From NCBI GenBank assembly GCA_039208735.1, contig JBCCQY010000028.1, forward strand, positions 10,595 through 74,594: a DNA stretch of 64,000 bases. Direction: 5' to 3'. Made by a program: the position numbers and the translations under genes. The notes under the pieces are model-generated. The model was given only the letters and a program-made list of their open reading frames with translations. It was not told where the DNA came from and searched no databases. The first letter of the stretch is position 1, and every line of letters begins with the position of its first letter. The DNA comes from Myxococcota bacterium (GTDB lineage: Bacteria > Myxococcota_A > UBA796 > GCA-2862545). Below, piece by piece: positions 39,058-48,349 of the stretch.

Positions 39058-40328
39058 GGCCGAACCTCTTCACCGTCCGCCAGTCGGCGGGCGATTCGCG
39101 AGGCATCAACGGCGTACACGAGGTTGAGAATGCCGCACAGCGCGCACGTCACGACCCAAACCGCGAGACACGCCGCCGCCTTGGCGTTTTGCCCGTTGTA
39201 GAGCTGGCCCAGACCTGGCACGAGGAACGAGGCGAGCCCTGCGACCCAGGGCCTCGGCGCTTCGGTGACCGCCATTTCGGGATCCAAGCCCTCGAAGGAC
39301 GTCGACAATCGGTGCCCTTCGATCGAAAAGACCCCAATGTGGTCGTGGCGGGTGCCAAACACCACCTGCTCGCCATCGGGCGTGAACGCCAGGTCCTCGA
39401 TCCATGCCAGCACCTCCCCTCGGGGGAGCACCTGCTCTGGTCGTAGGGTGGCCGCATCGTAGAGGGCCAGCGCACCATCGGGCAGATTGACGGCGATGCG
39501 GGTGCCATCCGGTGAAAACCGAGGCCGAGGCTCGAACGCAAGCGTCGTACCGCCGGCCCGCACCCCGTCGTGGGCGAAGGGTGGTCCCGACGCAACGTCG
39601 GAGCCGTCGGCCAGATGAAGCACACGGAGACCACGCCGTGACGCATCGGGCTCGCTGGGTTCACCGAGGGGTCGCGTCGGGGTGAGCCGGCGCCAGGGTC
39701 CGCCTTCGGTCCCCACAGGAGCGGTGACCACGACTCGGGTGCCGTCGTTCGAAACCTCGGGAGCGGCCACAGGTCCCTCGAGGGTTCGATCCCACAACAG
39801 TCTTCCGGTGTCGATTTCGATGGATCGCAGGTGCGCGCCCTGGGCCAGGACGAGCTGGCCAGCCCGACGGGCCACCCGAAACCCGCCAAACGGGTCGGAC
39901 CCTCGTGGTTCGTACAGAACGGCGAGGCGCTCGCCAGTGGTGGCATCGAGCAGGTGCACCCCCGCGTGGGTCATGGCGACGGCGAGCCGACCGTCATCCA
40001 CCCATGCCACCGCCACGGGCGTGGCCGGCACCTCGACTTCGCACACGAGGGGAGCCGCCCCCGTGTCACGCACCACCACGGTGCGCTGGCGCGTCGCGAT
40101 GGCCAATCGCCGGCCATCGGGGGCCATGGCGACGGCTGCCGCATCGTGGCTACGACCCGGAAGGCCCACCGGCACGCTGCCCACCGACGCAGCCACCATC
40201 ACCGTGTTCTGCACCAGCACAAGCACCGAACCCGACGGATGCACCTCGACATGTCGCACGCGAGGCAACCGCATCGCGAACGGCAAGCTCGACAGCGTCT
40301 CGTACGAGGCGGCCAAACGGTGCTCCAA
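39042..40328 (-). CDS. WD40-like beta-propeller protein with C-terminal TM2-like membrane module
   Basis: Repeats APDGRRLA, FSPDGTRIA and FTPDGEQV; tail SFLVPGLGQLYNGQ..K. Confidence 0.65.
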   Translation of the reverse strand: MEHRLAASYETLSSLPFAMRLPRVRHVEVHPSGSVLVLVQNTVMVAASVGSVPVGLPGRSHDAAAVAMAPDGRRLAIATRQRTVVVRDTGAAPLVCEVEVPATPVAVAWVDDGRLAVAMTHAGVHLLDATTGERLAVLYEPRGSDPFGGFRVARRAGQLVLAQGAHLRSIEIDTGRLLWDRTLEGPVAAPEVSNDGTRVVVTAPVGTEGGPWRRLTPTRPLGEPSEPDASRRGLRVLHLADGSDVASGPPFAHDGVRAGGTTLAFEPRPRFSPDGTRIAVNLPDGALALYDAATLRPEQVLPRGEVLAWIEDLAFTPDGEQVVFGTRHDHIGVFSIEGHRLSTSFEGLDPEMAVTEAPRPWVAGLASFLVPGLGQLYNGQNAKAAACLAVWVVTCALCGILNLVYAVDASRIARRLADGEEVRPWQFF

Positions 40329-40435
40329 GACAAGAATGCGAGCATAACGACTCGCTCCCCCAGGGGCTTGGCGAGGGTCTCACCACGGCTCAAGCCCGGG
40401 TCCCAGGTGACCGATGCACGCCATGGAGGGCAACC

Positions 40436-41200
40436 ATGGACTTCAGTACCGCCGGCGGTTTCGCGGCGTGCTTCGGACTCATCGCCATCGGCATCATCTT
40501 GGGTGGCGCGGGCTTTGGCGCCTACATCGACCCCCCATCCGTCGCGATCGTTATCGGCGGAACGATCGGTGCCGTCATGATTGGATTTCCCTTGGCGGAC
40601 ATCATGAATGCGCTGAAAGCCTTGCGCATTGCCTTCATGCCGCCCAGTCACGACATGAAGTCGACCGTGAAGCAGCTCGAGGAGCTGTCGCAGCGGGCAC
40701 GCCGAGAAGGCCTGCTTTCGCTGGAAGAAGCCGCTGAGGCAGCCGAGGACGACTTCTTGCGTCGCGGCCTGCAAATGATGGTCGACGGTCATGAACCGGC
40801 CGCCATTGAGTCCGTGTTGTTCGGTGAGATCGATAAGCTCGAAAGCCGTCACAAGGTGAGCATCAACTGCTGGGACTCCCTCGGCGCTTACGGTCCTGCA
40901 ATGGGACTTATCGGGACGCTGATCGGTCTTGTGCAGATGCTCCAAAGCATGTCGGACCCCTCCACGATTGGTCCTGCCATGGCCGTGGCCCTCCTCACCA
41001 CGTTCTACGGCGCCATCATCGGCAATGTCGTGGGGATTCCGACCGCCAACAAGCTCAAGCAGCGGTCGGCCGAAGAGATGGCCCACATGGAACTCATCGC
41101 CCAAGGTCTCATCTCGATCCTGGGTGGCGAGAATCCGCGGTTCATGGTCGAACGCCTCAACTCCACGCTGCCCCCGAATCAGCGTGAAGAGGCAGCCTGA
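40436..41200 (+). CDS. motA: Flagellar stator MotA/PomA
   Basis: ARREGLLSLE, FL.RGL.M.VDG and PAMGLIGTLIGLVQML...IGPAMAVALLTTFYG; GGAGG before ATG 40436. Confidence 0.93.
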   Translation: MDFSTAGGFAACFGLIAIGIILGGAGFGAYIDPPSVAIVIGGTIGAVMIGFPLADIMNALKALRIAFMPPSHDMKSTVKQLEELSQRARREGLLSLEEAAEAAEDDFLRRGLQMMVDGHEPAAIESVLFGEIDKLESRHKVSINCWDSLGAYGPAMGLIGTLIGLVQMLQSMSDPSTIGPAMAVALLTTFYGAIIGNVVGIPTANKLKQRSAEEMAHMELIAQGLISILGGENPRFMVERLNSTLPPNQREEAA

Positions 41201-41919
41201 TGGGGCGCCGAGCGAAATGCGATGAGTGCAAGCCAGGTCTTCCGGCCTGGATGGGCACCTATTCCGACCTCGTGACCCTGATGATGGCCTTCTTCGTCAT
41301 GCTCGTGGCGATGGCCAACTTCGAGGACACCAAGCGAATCGAAGCGGTGGTGGAGTCGATCCACACCGCGCTTGGGATGCGCGGCTTCGACAGCAAGATG
41401 GTTGCCGTCAGCAAGAAGCTTCAATTCACCGAGTCGGTGCGCCGCGACCAAACCGTGGAGCCCGTCGTCGCCAAGCTGCGCCAGGCCATGGCCAAGCACA
41501 TGTCGGACGACTTCGTGCGAATGGTGGAGCAGAAGAAAGAGCTGCGCATCAAGCTGAACGGTCGGGTGTTCTTCCAACCTGGCTCCGCCTTGTTGCACCC
41601 AAGTTCGTATGCGATCCTTGCCGACCTCGGTTCGGCGCTGAAGGATGAGAAGGTCCTCCTTCGGGTCGAGGGCTATGCCGATGAGTCTGGCAACGAAGAG
41701 GCCAACTGGAGCCTCTCCGGTCAACGGGCGCTCGCCGTCGTGCTTGCGCTACGCGAAAAGGGTCCGATCAAGGGCAAGTACCTTGAGGCGGTGGCCCATG
41801 GTTCGTTCCACCCCGGCGCCAAGGAGCCCGAAAGCTCCGATTGGGCCCGCCGGGTCGACATTGTGCTTTCGACGGATGATCTAGCGGGCGCGCGGGCCGC
41901 GGGCCGCTTCATGGAGTGA
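41200..41919 (+). CDS. motB: Flagellar stator MotB/PomB
   Basis: WMGTYSDLVTLMMAFFVML with the conserved Asp; OmpA-like domain NWSLS..RA. Confidence 0.9.
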   Translation: MGRRAKCDECKPGLPAWMGTYSDLVTLMMAFFVMLVAMANFEDTKRIEAVVESIHTALGMRGFDSKMVAVSKKLQFTESVRRDQTVEPVVAKLRQAMAKHMSDDFVRMVEQKKELRIKLNGRVFFQPGSALLHPSSYAILADLGSALKDEKVLLRVEGYADESGNEEANWSLSGQRALAVVLALREKGPIKGKYLEAVAHGSFHPGAKEPESSDWARRVDIVLSTDDLAGARAAGRFME

Positions 41920-42416
41920 GCGTGGACGACGAAGACGACGAGTACATCGTCCAATCCGGCGGGGGCGGCAACATGATGATGACGCTCATCGTGGGCGTCG
42001 TTGGCTTCCTGCTGGGTGCAGGAGCCGGATTTGGCGGGGCGATGTTCCTCGCCGAAGAGCCAGAGTGTGAGACCGAAGCCGAAGGGGAGATGGCCGAACT
42101 CGGTCCGCAAGCGGACGAGCGTGTCATGCATTCGCTCGGCCGGTTCACCGTGAACCTACGGGGTACCGGCGGCGGCCGTGTGTTGCGAATGGAAGTCCAG
42201 GTGGAAATCGACGGGACGCAGCAGGAGATGGTCGAAGCCAAGACCCCCTTGCTGCGAGACGCGGTGCTCACCCTTGCCTCGGACTACACCTTCGGCGACC
42301 TCGAAGGGCTCGACGGCAAGATGCGGTTCCGCGACGAGCTGCTGGCCAGACTCAACTCTGCGTTGTCGGTCTCCGGGATCCGGCGAATCTACTTCACTGA
42401 ATTCGTGGTGCAATAG
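41916..42416 (+). CDS. fliL: Flagellar basal body protein FliL
   Basis: Single TM; FTVNL, P.LRDAV, G...L and IYFTEFVVQ. Confidence 0.92.
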   Translation: MSVDDEDDEYIVQSGGGGNMMMTLIVGVVGFLLGAGAGFGGAMFLAEEPECETEAEGEMAELGPQADERVMHSLGRFTVNLRGTGGGRVLRMEVQVEIDGTQQEMVEAKTPLLRDAVLTLASDYTFGDLEGLDGKMRFRDELLARLNSALSVSGIRRIYFTEFVVQ

Positions 42417-43298
42417 GTGTCTCGCGATCAGCTGCTTTCCAGGCCCGATCGGGCCGCCCTCGGTCTTGTTGCAGACCTCTTCGACGCCGCGACGCTGCAC
42501 CTGCGGACCTCCATGGTGAAGCGATGCGGCGGTGAAGTTGCCGTGCGACCGGAGCAGCCGATCGTGCGTCATCTCAACGATCTGCTCCACCCTCCTGCGG
42601 ATCAACCCATGGGCGCCACCGCTCCCTTCACCCTGGTTCCTCACCAGGTGAGGGGGCTCATCACACTCGATGTTCCGCTGGTTCAACGCCTCGTTGGCTT
42701 GTTTCTTGGGGAAAACCCTGATCAAGAGACGGAAACCAGCGCGGCGCGGCGCCTGACGCGGGTGGATATGCAGATGGCACGGTGGATCTGCCAAGACATC
42801 GCCGACTCGATGGTCGCGGCTTGCAAGATGCCAGATCCCCCGCGAGCCGAGGTCGGTGAGGTCTACTCCAATCCTCGTTCGGTCCGCGCGCTGCCGCAGT
42901 CGCCCTCGGTCATCGAAGTCGAGGTCGAACTCGGGCCCGAAGCCAACCCTTTTGGACGTGCCGCCGTGGTCCTTCCCGCGCAAGCGAACGGCGTGCTGTG
43001 GCCCGAGCGCCGACAGTCTGGCCAAATCCGGTCGCCCCTCACCGACGAAGGGGTGGACCGTGTGCGCAGCGTCCCCGTCTCGGTCGTGGCGAGCATCCAT
43101 CGCCAACGGGTCCCGATGCGAGAGCTACGCGAATTCAAGGTTGGCGACGTCATCGAGATGGGCAGCGTGCGAAACGTCCTCGTCCACGCGAAAGGTCGCG
43201 CCATTTTGAACGGGGAAGCGGGCGACCAAGATGGACACCGCTGCATTCGAGTCGTCGGGCGGATTGGACCTCAAGGGGACTCCACACCGAACCGATGA
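42417..43298 (+). CDS. fliM: Flagellar switch protein FliM (divergent)
   Basis: CheC-like middle domain (RRLT.VD, SNP) plus C-terminal SpoA domain (VGDVI); lies between fliL and fliN. Confidence 0.75.
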   Translation: MSRDQLLSRPDRAALGLVADLFDAATLHLRTSMVKRCGGEVAVRPEQPIVRHLNDLLHPPADQPMGATAPFTLVPHQVRGLITLDVPLVQRLVGLFLGENPDQETETSAARRLTRVDMQMARWICQDIADSMVAACKMPDPPRAEVGEVYSNPRSVRALPQSPSVIEVEVELGPEANPFGRAAVVLPAQANGVLWPERRQSGQIRSPLTDEGVDRVRSVPVSVVASIHRQRVPMRELREFKVGDVIEMGSVRNVLVHAKGRAILNGEAGDQDGHRCIRVVGRIGPQGDSTPNR

Positions 43299-43317
43299 AG
43301 CCGACAGGAGTGAAACC

Positions 43318-43590
43318 ATGAGCGGTGATCCGACTTTCCTGTTCGAAATCCCCGTTGAGCTGGTCGTGGAACTCGGTCGCACTGAGCTGACCGTGGGCGA
43401 ACTGGCTGAACTCGGCCAGGACGACATCGTCAAGCTCGACTGCCTGGCGGGCCAGCCTCTCGACATCGTGGCTGGCGGACGGCTCTTTGGCCGAGGAGAG
43501 GTCGTCATCGAGGAAGACCGGGTGGGGGTTCGCATCACCGAACTCATCGGTCAGGCCTCGGCGTCCCACGTCCTGGCGGAGGCCGGGTGA
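43318..43590 (+). CDS. fliN: Flagellar switch protein FliN
   Basis: IPVELVVELGR...LD.LAGQPLDI...GEVV...GVRITE; AGGAG before ATG 43318. Confidence 0.92.
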   Translation: MSGDPTFLFEIPVELVVELGRTELTVGELAELGQDDIVKLDCLAGQPLDIVAGGRLFGRGEVVIEEDRVGVRITELIGQASASHVLAEAG

Positions 43591-44243
43591 TCGTTGGGGG
43601 GCTCATCGTTGCCCTCGCGAATGCGCAGCCCGTTCCTGACGAAGTACAGGAGCTGCCCCGTTCGGAGGTAGAGCGATTGCTAGGACCCGAACCGGCAGGC
43701 CCTCCCGCCGAGCTGGCCCCGCGTCCCGTGATCGACACCTTCAGCTGGTGGCCGTTTGTATTGGTTGGCTTGGGGGCGGGTGCCCTGTGGTGGATTCGAC
43801 GCCGCATTGAACAGGGCCCGGCCAAAGACACGGGATCGGAGCTTCGCGTCGTGGGCCGAGCAGACTTGAGCGGTCAATCGGCCCTTGCGGTGGTTGAAGT
43901 CCGCGATCGAAGTGGTTCATGGCGCCGCCTGGTCATTGGTACGGGCGATGGGACGCCCCAACTCGTCGCCGACCTCGGAGAACCGCAGTTCGGCTTCCTC
44001 GGTGAGGACGAAGACTCCACCGTGCAGGAGCTGGGATTCGTACCCCCCTCTCCGAAGGCTTCGGTCGAGGACTTGCCGAGCGATTTCGCACCTTACGAAC
44101 CGCTCCCCTCACCGAGCGAGGCGGGCTTGCCCCCTCTTCCCGCGGATCCGAAGTCAGGCCGCGCTCTCGTGCACGAGGTCCTTGGCGAGCGTCGACGAAA
44201 GCCTCGATCCAGACGGTCCACCTCGTTCCAGACCTTTGCGTGA
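43587..44243 (+). CDS. fliO: FliO-like protein
   Basis: TM followed by LRVVGRADL...LAVVEV...LVIG; canonical position after fliN. Confidence 0.7.
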   Translation: MIVGGLIVALANAQPVPDEVQELPRSEVERLLGPEPAGPPAELAPRPVIDTFSWWPFVLVGLGAGALWWIRRRIEQGPAKDTGSELRVVGRADLSGQSALAVVEVRDRSGSWRRLVIGTGDGTPQLVADLGEPQFGFLGEDEDSTVQELGFVPPSPKASVEDLPSDFAPYEPLPSPSEAGLPPLPADPKSGRALVHEVLGERRRKPRSRRSTSFQTFA

Positions 44244-44306
44244 GCGTAACCGTCGTGTGTTGAGGGTGACGTTCCGGCTCGCTATTGTTGCGCGAAAGGA
44301 GGGCCG

Positions 44307-44480
44307 ATGCGCCCCGTGCTCAACTTCTGGTCGAAAGAGGACGGCGCTACCGCGATCGAGTACGCAGTCCTCGCATCCTTCGTGGTACTCGCGGCGATGG
44401 CCGGCTTCGTGGCCTTTGGGAACAGCGCTAACACCCTGTTCACCAACATTTCGTCCCACTTCGCGGGCACCGCGCCCTAA
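44307..44480 (+). CDS. flp: Flp (Tad-type IV) pilin 1
   Basis: Manual translation MRPVLNFWSKEDG/ATAIEYAVLASFVVLAAMAGFVAFGNSANTLFTNISSHFAGTAP; Flp G/xxxxEY motif; AGGAGG RBS. Absent from the ORF track (57 aa). Confidence 0.9.
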   Translation: MRPVLNFWSKEDGATAIEYAVLASFVVLAAMAGFVAFGNSANTLFTNISSHFAGTAP

Positions 44481-44600
44481 GCGGCGGAACACCACTGCAC
44501 TCCGTTGTATCCGCAGAGTAACCTCACCAATCCTACAATCACCTAAGAGATGATTGGATCAGTGGGTCGGCGGTACCGTCGCGAGCAGTGGAGTTGATGA

Positions 44601-44762
44601 ATGCGCAGCGTCCGAGCCTTCCTTCGTGAAGAAGGAGGTAGTACCGCTATTGAATACGGCATGATCGCGTCCCTCGTCATTCTCGTCGCCATGGCTGCGA
44701 TGTACCAGGTGGGTGACCGCACGGTGGCGATGTGGAACAACATCGCCGCGCACATCCGCTAA
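44601..44762 (+). CDS. flp: Flp (Tad-type IV) pilin 2
   Basis: Manual translation MRSVRAFLREEGG/STAIEYGMIASLVILVAMAAMYQVGDRTVAMWNNIAAHIR; GGAG RBS. Absent from the ORF track (53 aa). Confidence 0.9.
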   Translation: MRSVRAFLREEGGSTAIEYGMIASLVILVAMAAMYQVGDRTVAMWNNIAAHIR

Positions 44763-44773
44763 GGCGCTCGAAC

Positions 44774-46513
44774 CTACATCCGCTCCACCGCTTCGATCCC
44801 GAGAAGGCCAAGGCCCGTCTCGAGCGCTTTCGCAACCCCGAACGCCAAGGCGAGGCGACGCGCCTTCACGGACTCCGGCACCCCTTTCAGCACGGGGCAC
44901 TGGTTCCACCAGGGCCCCACCGCTCCTGCGAGCGCTTCGAGGTGATCCGCCAACAGGTTGGGGCGGCAGCTTTCGACGGCCAGCTGGACGACTTCGGGCG
45001 TGCGATTCGCGAGCACCACCAAGGTGCGCTCCGTCTCGTGCTCGATGGCCGGGGGGACGCTCGGGACCTGCCCCTCGAGTTCAGCATTGCGCAGCAAGCT
45101 CTTCAGGCGTGCATGCGCATACTCGAGGTAGACCGCAGACCCTGAGTCGAGCGCAAGCGCGCGGTCCCAAGCGAAATTGATGTCGGACTGCGGGTTCTGG
45201 GACAGGTCGAAGTACTTGATGGTCCCCACCCCCACCTTGCGCGCGACCTCCTTGCGCTCGTCCTCCGACAAAAACCCCTGTTCGTCACGCTCCTCGACAA
45301 CCTTCAGCGTGCGGCGTTCCGCCTCATCGAGCAGATCGACGAGGTTGATGACATTGCCCGATCGCGAGCTCGCCGCGGCCCCCTCAATGCGCAGGGTGCC
45401 AAACCAAACGTGCTGTTGGTCGACGTTGCCAAATCCCATCTTTCGAGCTGCGGCGAAGACCTGACGAAAGTGCAGCTGCTGGCGCCCATCCGTCAAGATG
45501 AGAATCCGATCCGCGTTGTGGTGGGTCGCACGGTAGCGCACCGTCGCAAGGTCGGTGGTCCCATAGAGAGCCGCGCCGTCGGCCTTCCGGATGAGCATGG
45601 GTTGCTTCGCGAGGCCCTTGCCGTCCTCGGGCATGAACTCAATGATCACGGCACCGTCGCTTTCCGTCGCGATGCCTTGAGCGAGCAAATCATCGACCAG
45701 CGGCTTCAGCTCATCGGCGTAGGCACTCTCTCCACGAATTTCGTCAAACGCGACACCGAGACGCTCGTAGACCTGATTGAACTCGGCCATAGAGACATCG
45801 ACGAATTGCTGCCAGAGGGCAACGGTCTCGGGCTCACGGTTCTGGAGCTTCACCGTTTCCGACCGAGCCGTCTCCATGAAGCGCTCGTCGTTCTTCGCCG
45901 CGTCGCCTGACCACTCATACAGACGCTGCAATTCACCAACGGGATCGGCTGCGTAGGCGTCCTCATCGCGCTCCCGGTGCCAGGCCGTGATGAGCTTGCC
46001 GAAGGGGGTTCCCCAATCGCCGAGGTGGTTATCGGCGATCACCGTCCACCCGAGCCAGCGATGCATGCGATCGAGGGCGTTGCCAATGATGGTGGACCGC
46101 AAGTGCCCGATATGCATGCGCTTTGCGATGTTCGGGCTGGAGTAGTCCATGACCACGGTGCGCCCTTGGCCCGCATCGGGTGGTCCGAAGCGTTCATCGC
46201 GCATGCGCGCATCGAGCTGCCCCGCAAGCCACTCCGGCTCGAGGGTGAAGTTGATGAATCCGGGCCCGGCAATCGCCACCGAGGCCACCGCAGGCTCGTC
46301 GGGCAACGCCGCCACGATCTGTTCTGCCACCCCTCGAGGACCTGGACCCTCCCGGCCGAGCTTCTTGCCAAGTCGGAGCGCGAAGTTGGACTGATAGTCG
46401 CCGTGCGACGCATCCCGCGTCGCGACGCAAGGGTCGACGGTCTCATCTTCGTGCCCGATGGCCCTGACCGCCTGCTCTACGAGGGCGGTGAGGTACTCGG
46501 CAATGGTCTGCAT
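44774..46513 (-). CDS. argS: Arginyl-tRNA synthetase
   Basis: GDYQ, GPGFIN, DYSSPNIAK.MHIGHLRS, GDWG, DG..LY.TTDLA and Y.HAR motifs; ends ERM. Confidence 0.96.
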   Translation of the reverse strand: MQTIAEYLTALVEQAVRAIGHEDETVDPCVATRDASHGDYQSNFALRLGKKLGREGPGPRGVAEQIVAALPDEPAVASVAIAGPGFINFTLEPEWLAGQLDARMRDERFGPPDAGQGRTVVMDYSSPNIAKRMHIGHLRSTIIGNALDRMHRWLGWTVIADNHLGDWGTPFGKLITAWHRERDEDAYAADPVGELQRLYEWSGDAAKNDERFMETARSETVKLQNREPETVALWQQFVDVSMAEFNQVYERLGVAFDEIRGESAYADELKPLVDDLLAQGIATESDGAVIIEFMPEDGKGLAKQPMLIRKADGAALYGTTDLATVRYRATHHNADRILILTDGRQQLHFRQVFAAARKMGFGNVDQQHVWFGTLRIEGAAASSRSGNVINLVDLLDEAERRTLKVVEERDEQGFLSEDERKEVARKVGVGTIKYFDLSQNPQSDINFAWDRALALDSGSAVYLEYAHARLKSLLRNAELEGQVPSVPPAIEHETERTLVVLANRTPEVVQLAVESCRPNLLADHLEALAGAVGPWWNQCPVLKGVPESVKARRLALAFGVAKALETGLGLLGIEAVERM

Positions 46514-46567
46514 TTGGGGCCTCCTGCCAAGTCCCTAAGGCGGGCCAGGCAGGAGGTCACGCAGCCA

Positions 46568-47200
46568 TCAGGCCTTGGATGCGGGAATCGTTCGCAGGTA
46601 AGGCTTGATGGCCTTGAACTCTCCAAACCGGCGCGTGGCCTCTTCGTTCGACACGCTCGGCGCGATGATCACGTCGTCCCCTTCCTTCCAGGCGGCCGGG
46701 GTTGCGAGCTGCTTTTCGGCGGTCAGCTGCAACGAGTCAATCACGCGCAGCAGCTCATCGAAATTGCGTCCGGTGCTCGCCGGGTACGTCAGGGTGAGCT
46801 TGACCTTCTTGTCAGGGCCCACCACGAAGACCGACCGCACGGTCAGCGTGTTGTCGGCGTTCGGATGGATCATGTCGTACAGGTCCGCGACCTTGCGGTC
46901 CGGGTCCCCAATCAAGGGGAAGTTCAAGGCGGTGCCTTGGGTCTCTTCGATGTCCTTGGCCCACGCTTGGTGGTCACTCACCCCGTCCACGGACAGGCCA
47001 ATGACCTTGACGTGGCGCTTGTCCCACTCGGGCTTGAGGGCGGCCGCCCGGCCAAGCTCGGTGGTGCACACGGGCGTAAAGTCCTTGGGATGGCTGAACA
47101 GCACGCCCCAAGAATCCCCGAGCCATTCGTGGAACGACACGGTGCCTTCGGTGGTCTCGACGGTAAAGTCAGGGGCGGTATCGCCCAGTCGAATTGCCAT
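46568..47200 (-). CDS. 1-Cys peroxiredoxin (Prx6)
   Basis: FSHPKDFTPVCTTE and YPASTGRNFDE motifs; start ATG 47200. Confidence 0.95.
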   Translation of the reverse strand: MAIRLGDTAPDFTVETTEGTVSFHEWLGDSWGVLFSHPKDFTPVCTTELGRAAALKPEWDKRHVKVIGLSVDGVSDHQAWAKDIEETQGTALNFPLIGDPDRKVADLYDMIHPNADNTLTVRSVFVVGPDKKVKLTLTYPASTGRNFDELLRVIDSLQLTAEKQLATPAAWKEGDDVIIAPSVSNEEATRRFGEFKAIKPYLRTIPASKA

Positions 47201-47274
47201 TGGTGTTCTGCTCCTCGCAATGAGAGGTGTTGGATACGTACCGAGGGCGTCGCCAGATTGGCGGAAGGAGTGTC

Positions 47275-48318
47275 GTGACACGTCAGGGAGTGATTGTGCT
47301 CGGAGCGACCGGGATGGTCGGCCAGCGCCTCGTCAGCTTGCTCCACAGCCACCCCTGGTTCGAGGTGGCCGCGTTGACTGCCTCGGAGCGGTCGGCGGGC
47401 AAAACCTACGCGGAAGCCTGTGCCTGGCGCCTTCCCGGCGAACCCTGGGCGGGCCTCGGAGATCGCAAGATTCTACCGACGGACCCGGCACTTGTGGCTC
47501 AGGCTGCGGCCGGGCCCACCATCGCGTTGTCCGCGCTCGACACCGCACCCGCTCGGGAACTGGAAGTCGCGTTCGCCGAGGCGGGATTTCACGTGGTGAG
47601 CAACGCCAGCGCCTACCGCATGGATGCGCGGGTCCCGCTCGTCATTCCCGAGATCAACGCGGACCACCTGGCCCTGCTCGAACACCAACCGTGGGCGGGC
47701 TCCCTCGTCACGAACCCCAACTGCACTGCCATGCCGGTCGCGATGACCTTGGCTCCGCTGCACCGCTCGTTTGGCATCGAGGCCGTGACCGTAGCCAGCT
47801 ACCAGGCGGTTTCCGGCGCGGGCTACCCGGGCGAATCTGCGTTCGACATGGCCGACAACGTCCACCCCCATCCGGGCAACGAAGAGGACAAGCTCACCCA
47901 AGAGCCCCAGCGCATCCTCGGTGCCTATGCCAACCCTGAAGTAACGCCCGCCGATTTTGTCGTGTCGGCGCGGTGCGTCCGGGTTCCCACGTCGGACGGC
48001 CACCTCGTGGCCATGCACGTCCGCACCAAGACCGCCTGCTCCCCCGAGCAAGCCATCGAGACGCTCGAAGCCTTCGACCCCGGGCTCGAGTTGCCCAGCG
48101 CCCCGCATCCCGTGCTTGTCCATCGCCCCTTTCGCGATCGCCCACAGCCGCGGCTCGACCGTGACAACGGCGGGGGTATGGCTGCGACGTTTGGCCGGGT
48201 GGAAGCTTGCCCGGTGATGGGCCTAAAGCTCTACGCCCTGGCCCACAACACGCTTCGAGGTGCCGCCGGGGCGGCCCTGCTCAACGCCGAGCTGTTGAAG
48301 GCGACGGGGCGGGCGTAA
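47275..48318 (+). CDS. asd: Aspartate-semialdehyde dehydrogenase
   Basis: [22 protein letters not shown] and HNTLRGAAG motifs; AGGAG before GTG 47275. Confidence 0.93.
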   Translation: MTRQGVIVLGATGMVGQRLVSLLHSHPWFEVAALTASERSAGKTYAEACAWRLPGEPWAGLGDRKILPTDPALVAQAAAGPTIALSALDTAPARELEVAFAEAGFHVVSNASAYRMDARVPLVIPEINADHLALLEHQPWAGSLVTNPNCTAMPVAMTLAPLHRSFGIEAVTVASYQAVSGAGYPGESAFDMADNVHPHPGNEEDKLTQEPQRILGAYANPEVTPADFVVSARCVRVPTSDGHLVAMHVRTKTACSPEQAIETLEAFDPGLELPSAPHPVLVHRPFRDRPQPRLDRDNGGGMAATFGRVEACPVMGLKLYALAHNTLRGAAGAALLNAELLKATGRA

Positions 48319-48349
48319 ACAGATACCCTTCGGGGCAAACTCGGAGGGC

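Noticed and set aside
40436..41919. AglRQS/TolQR/ExbBD gliding or Ton motor
   Set aside because: The A subunit has a four-TM MotA/PomA pattern, the B subunit has an OmpA-like domain, and fliL-fliM-fliN follow directly.
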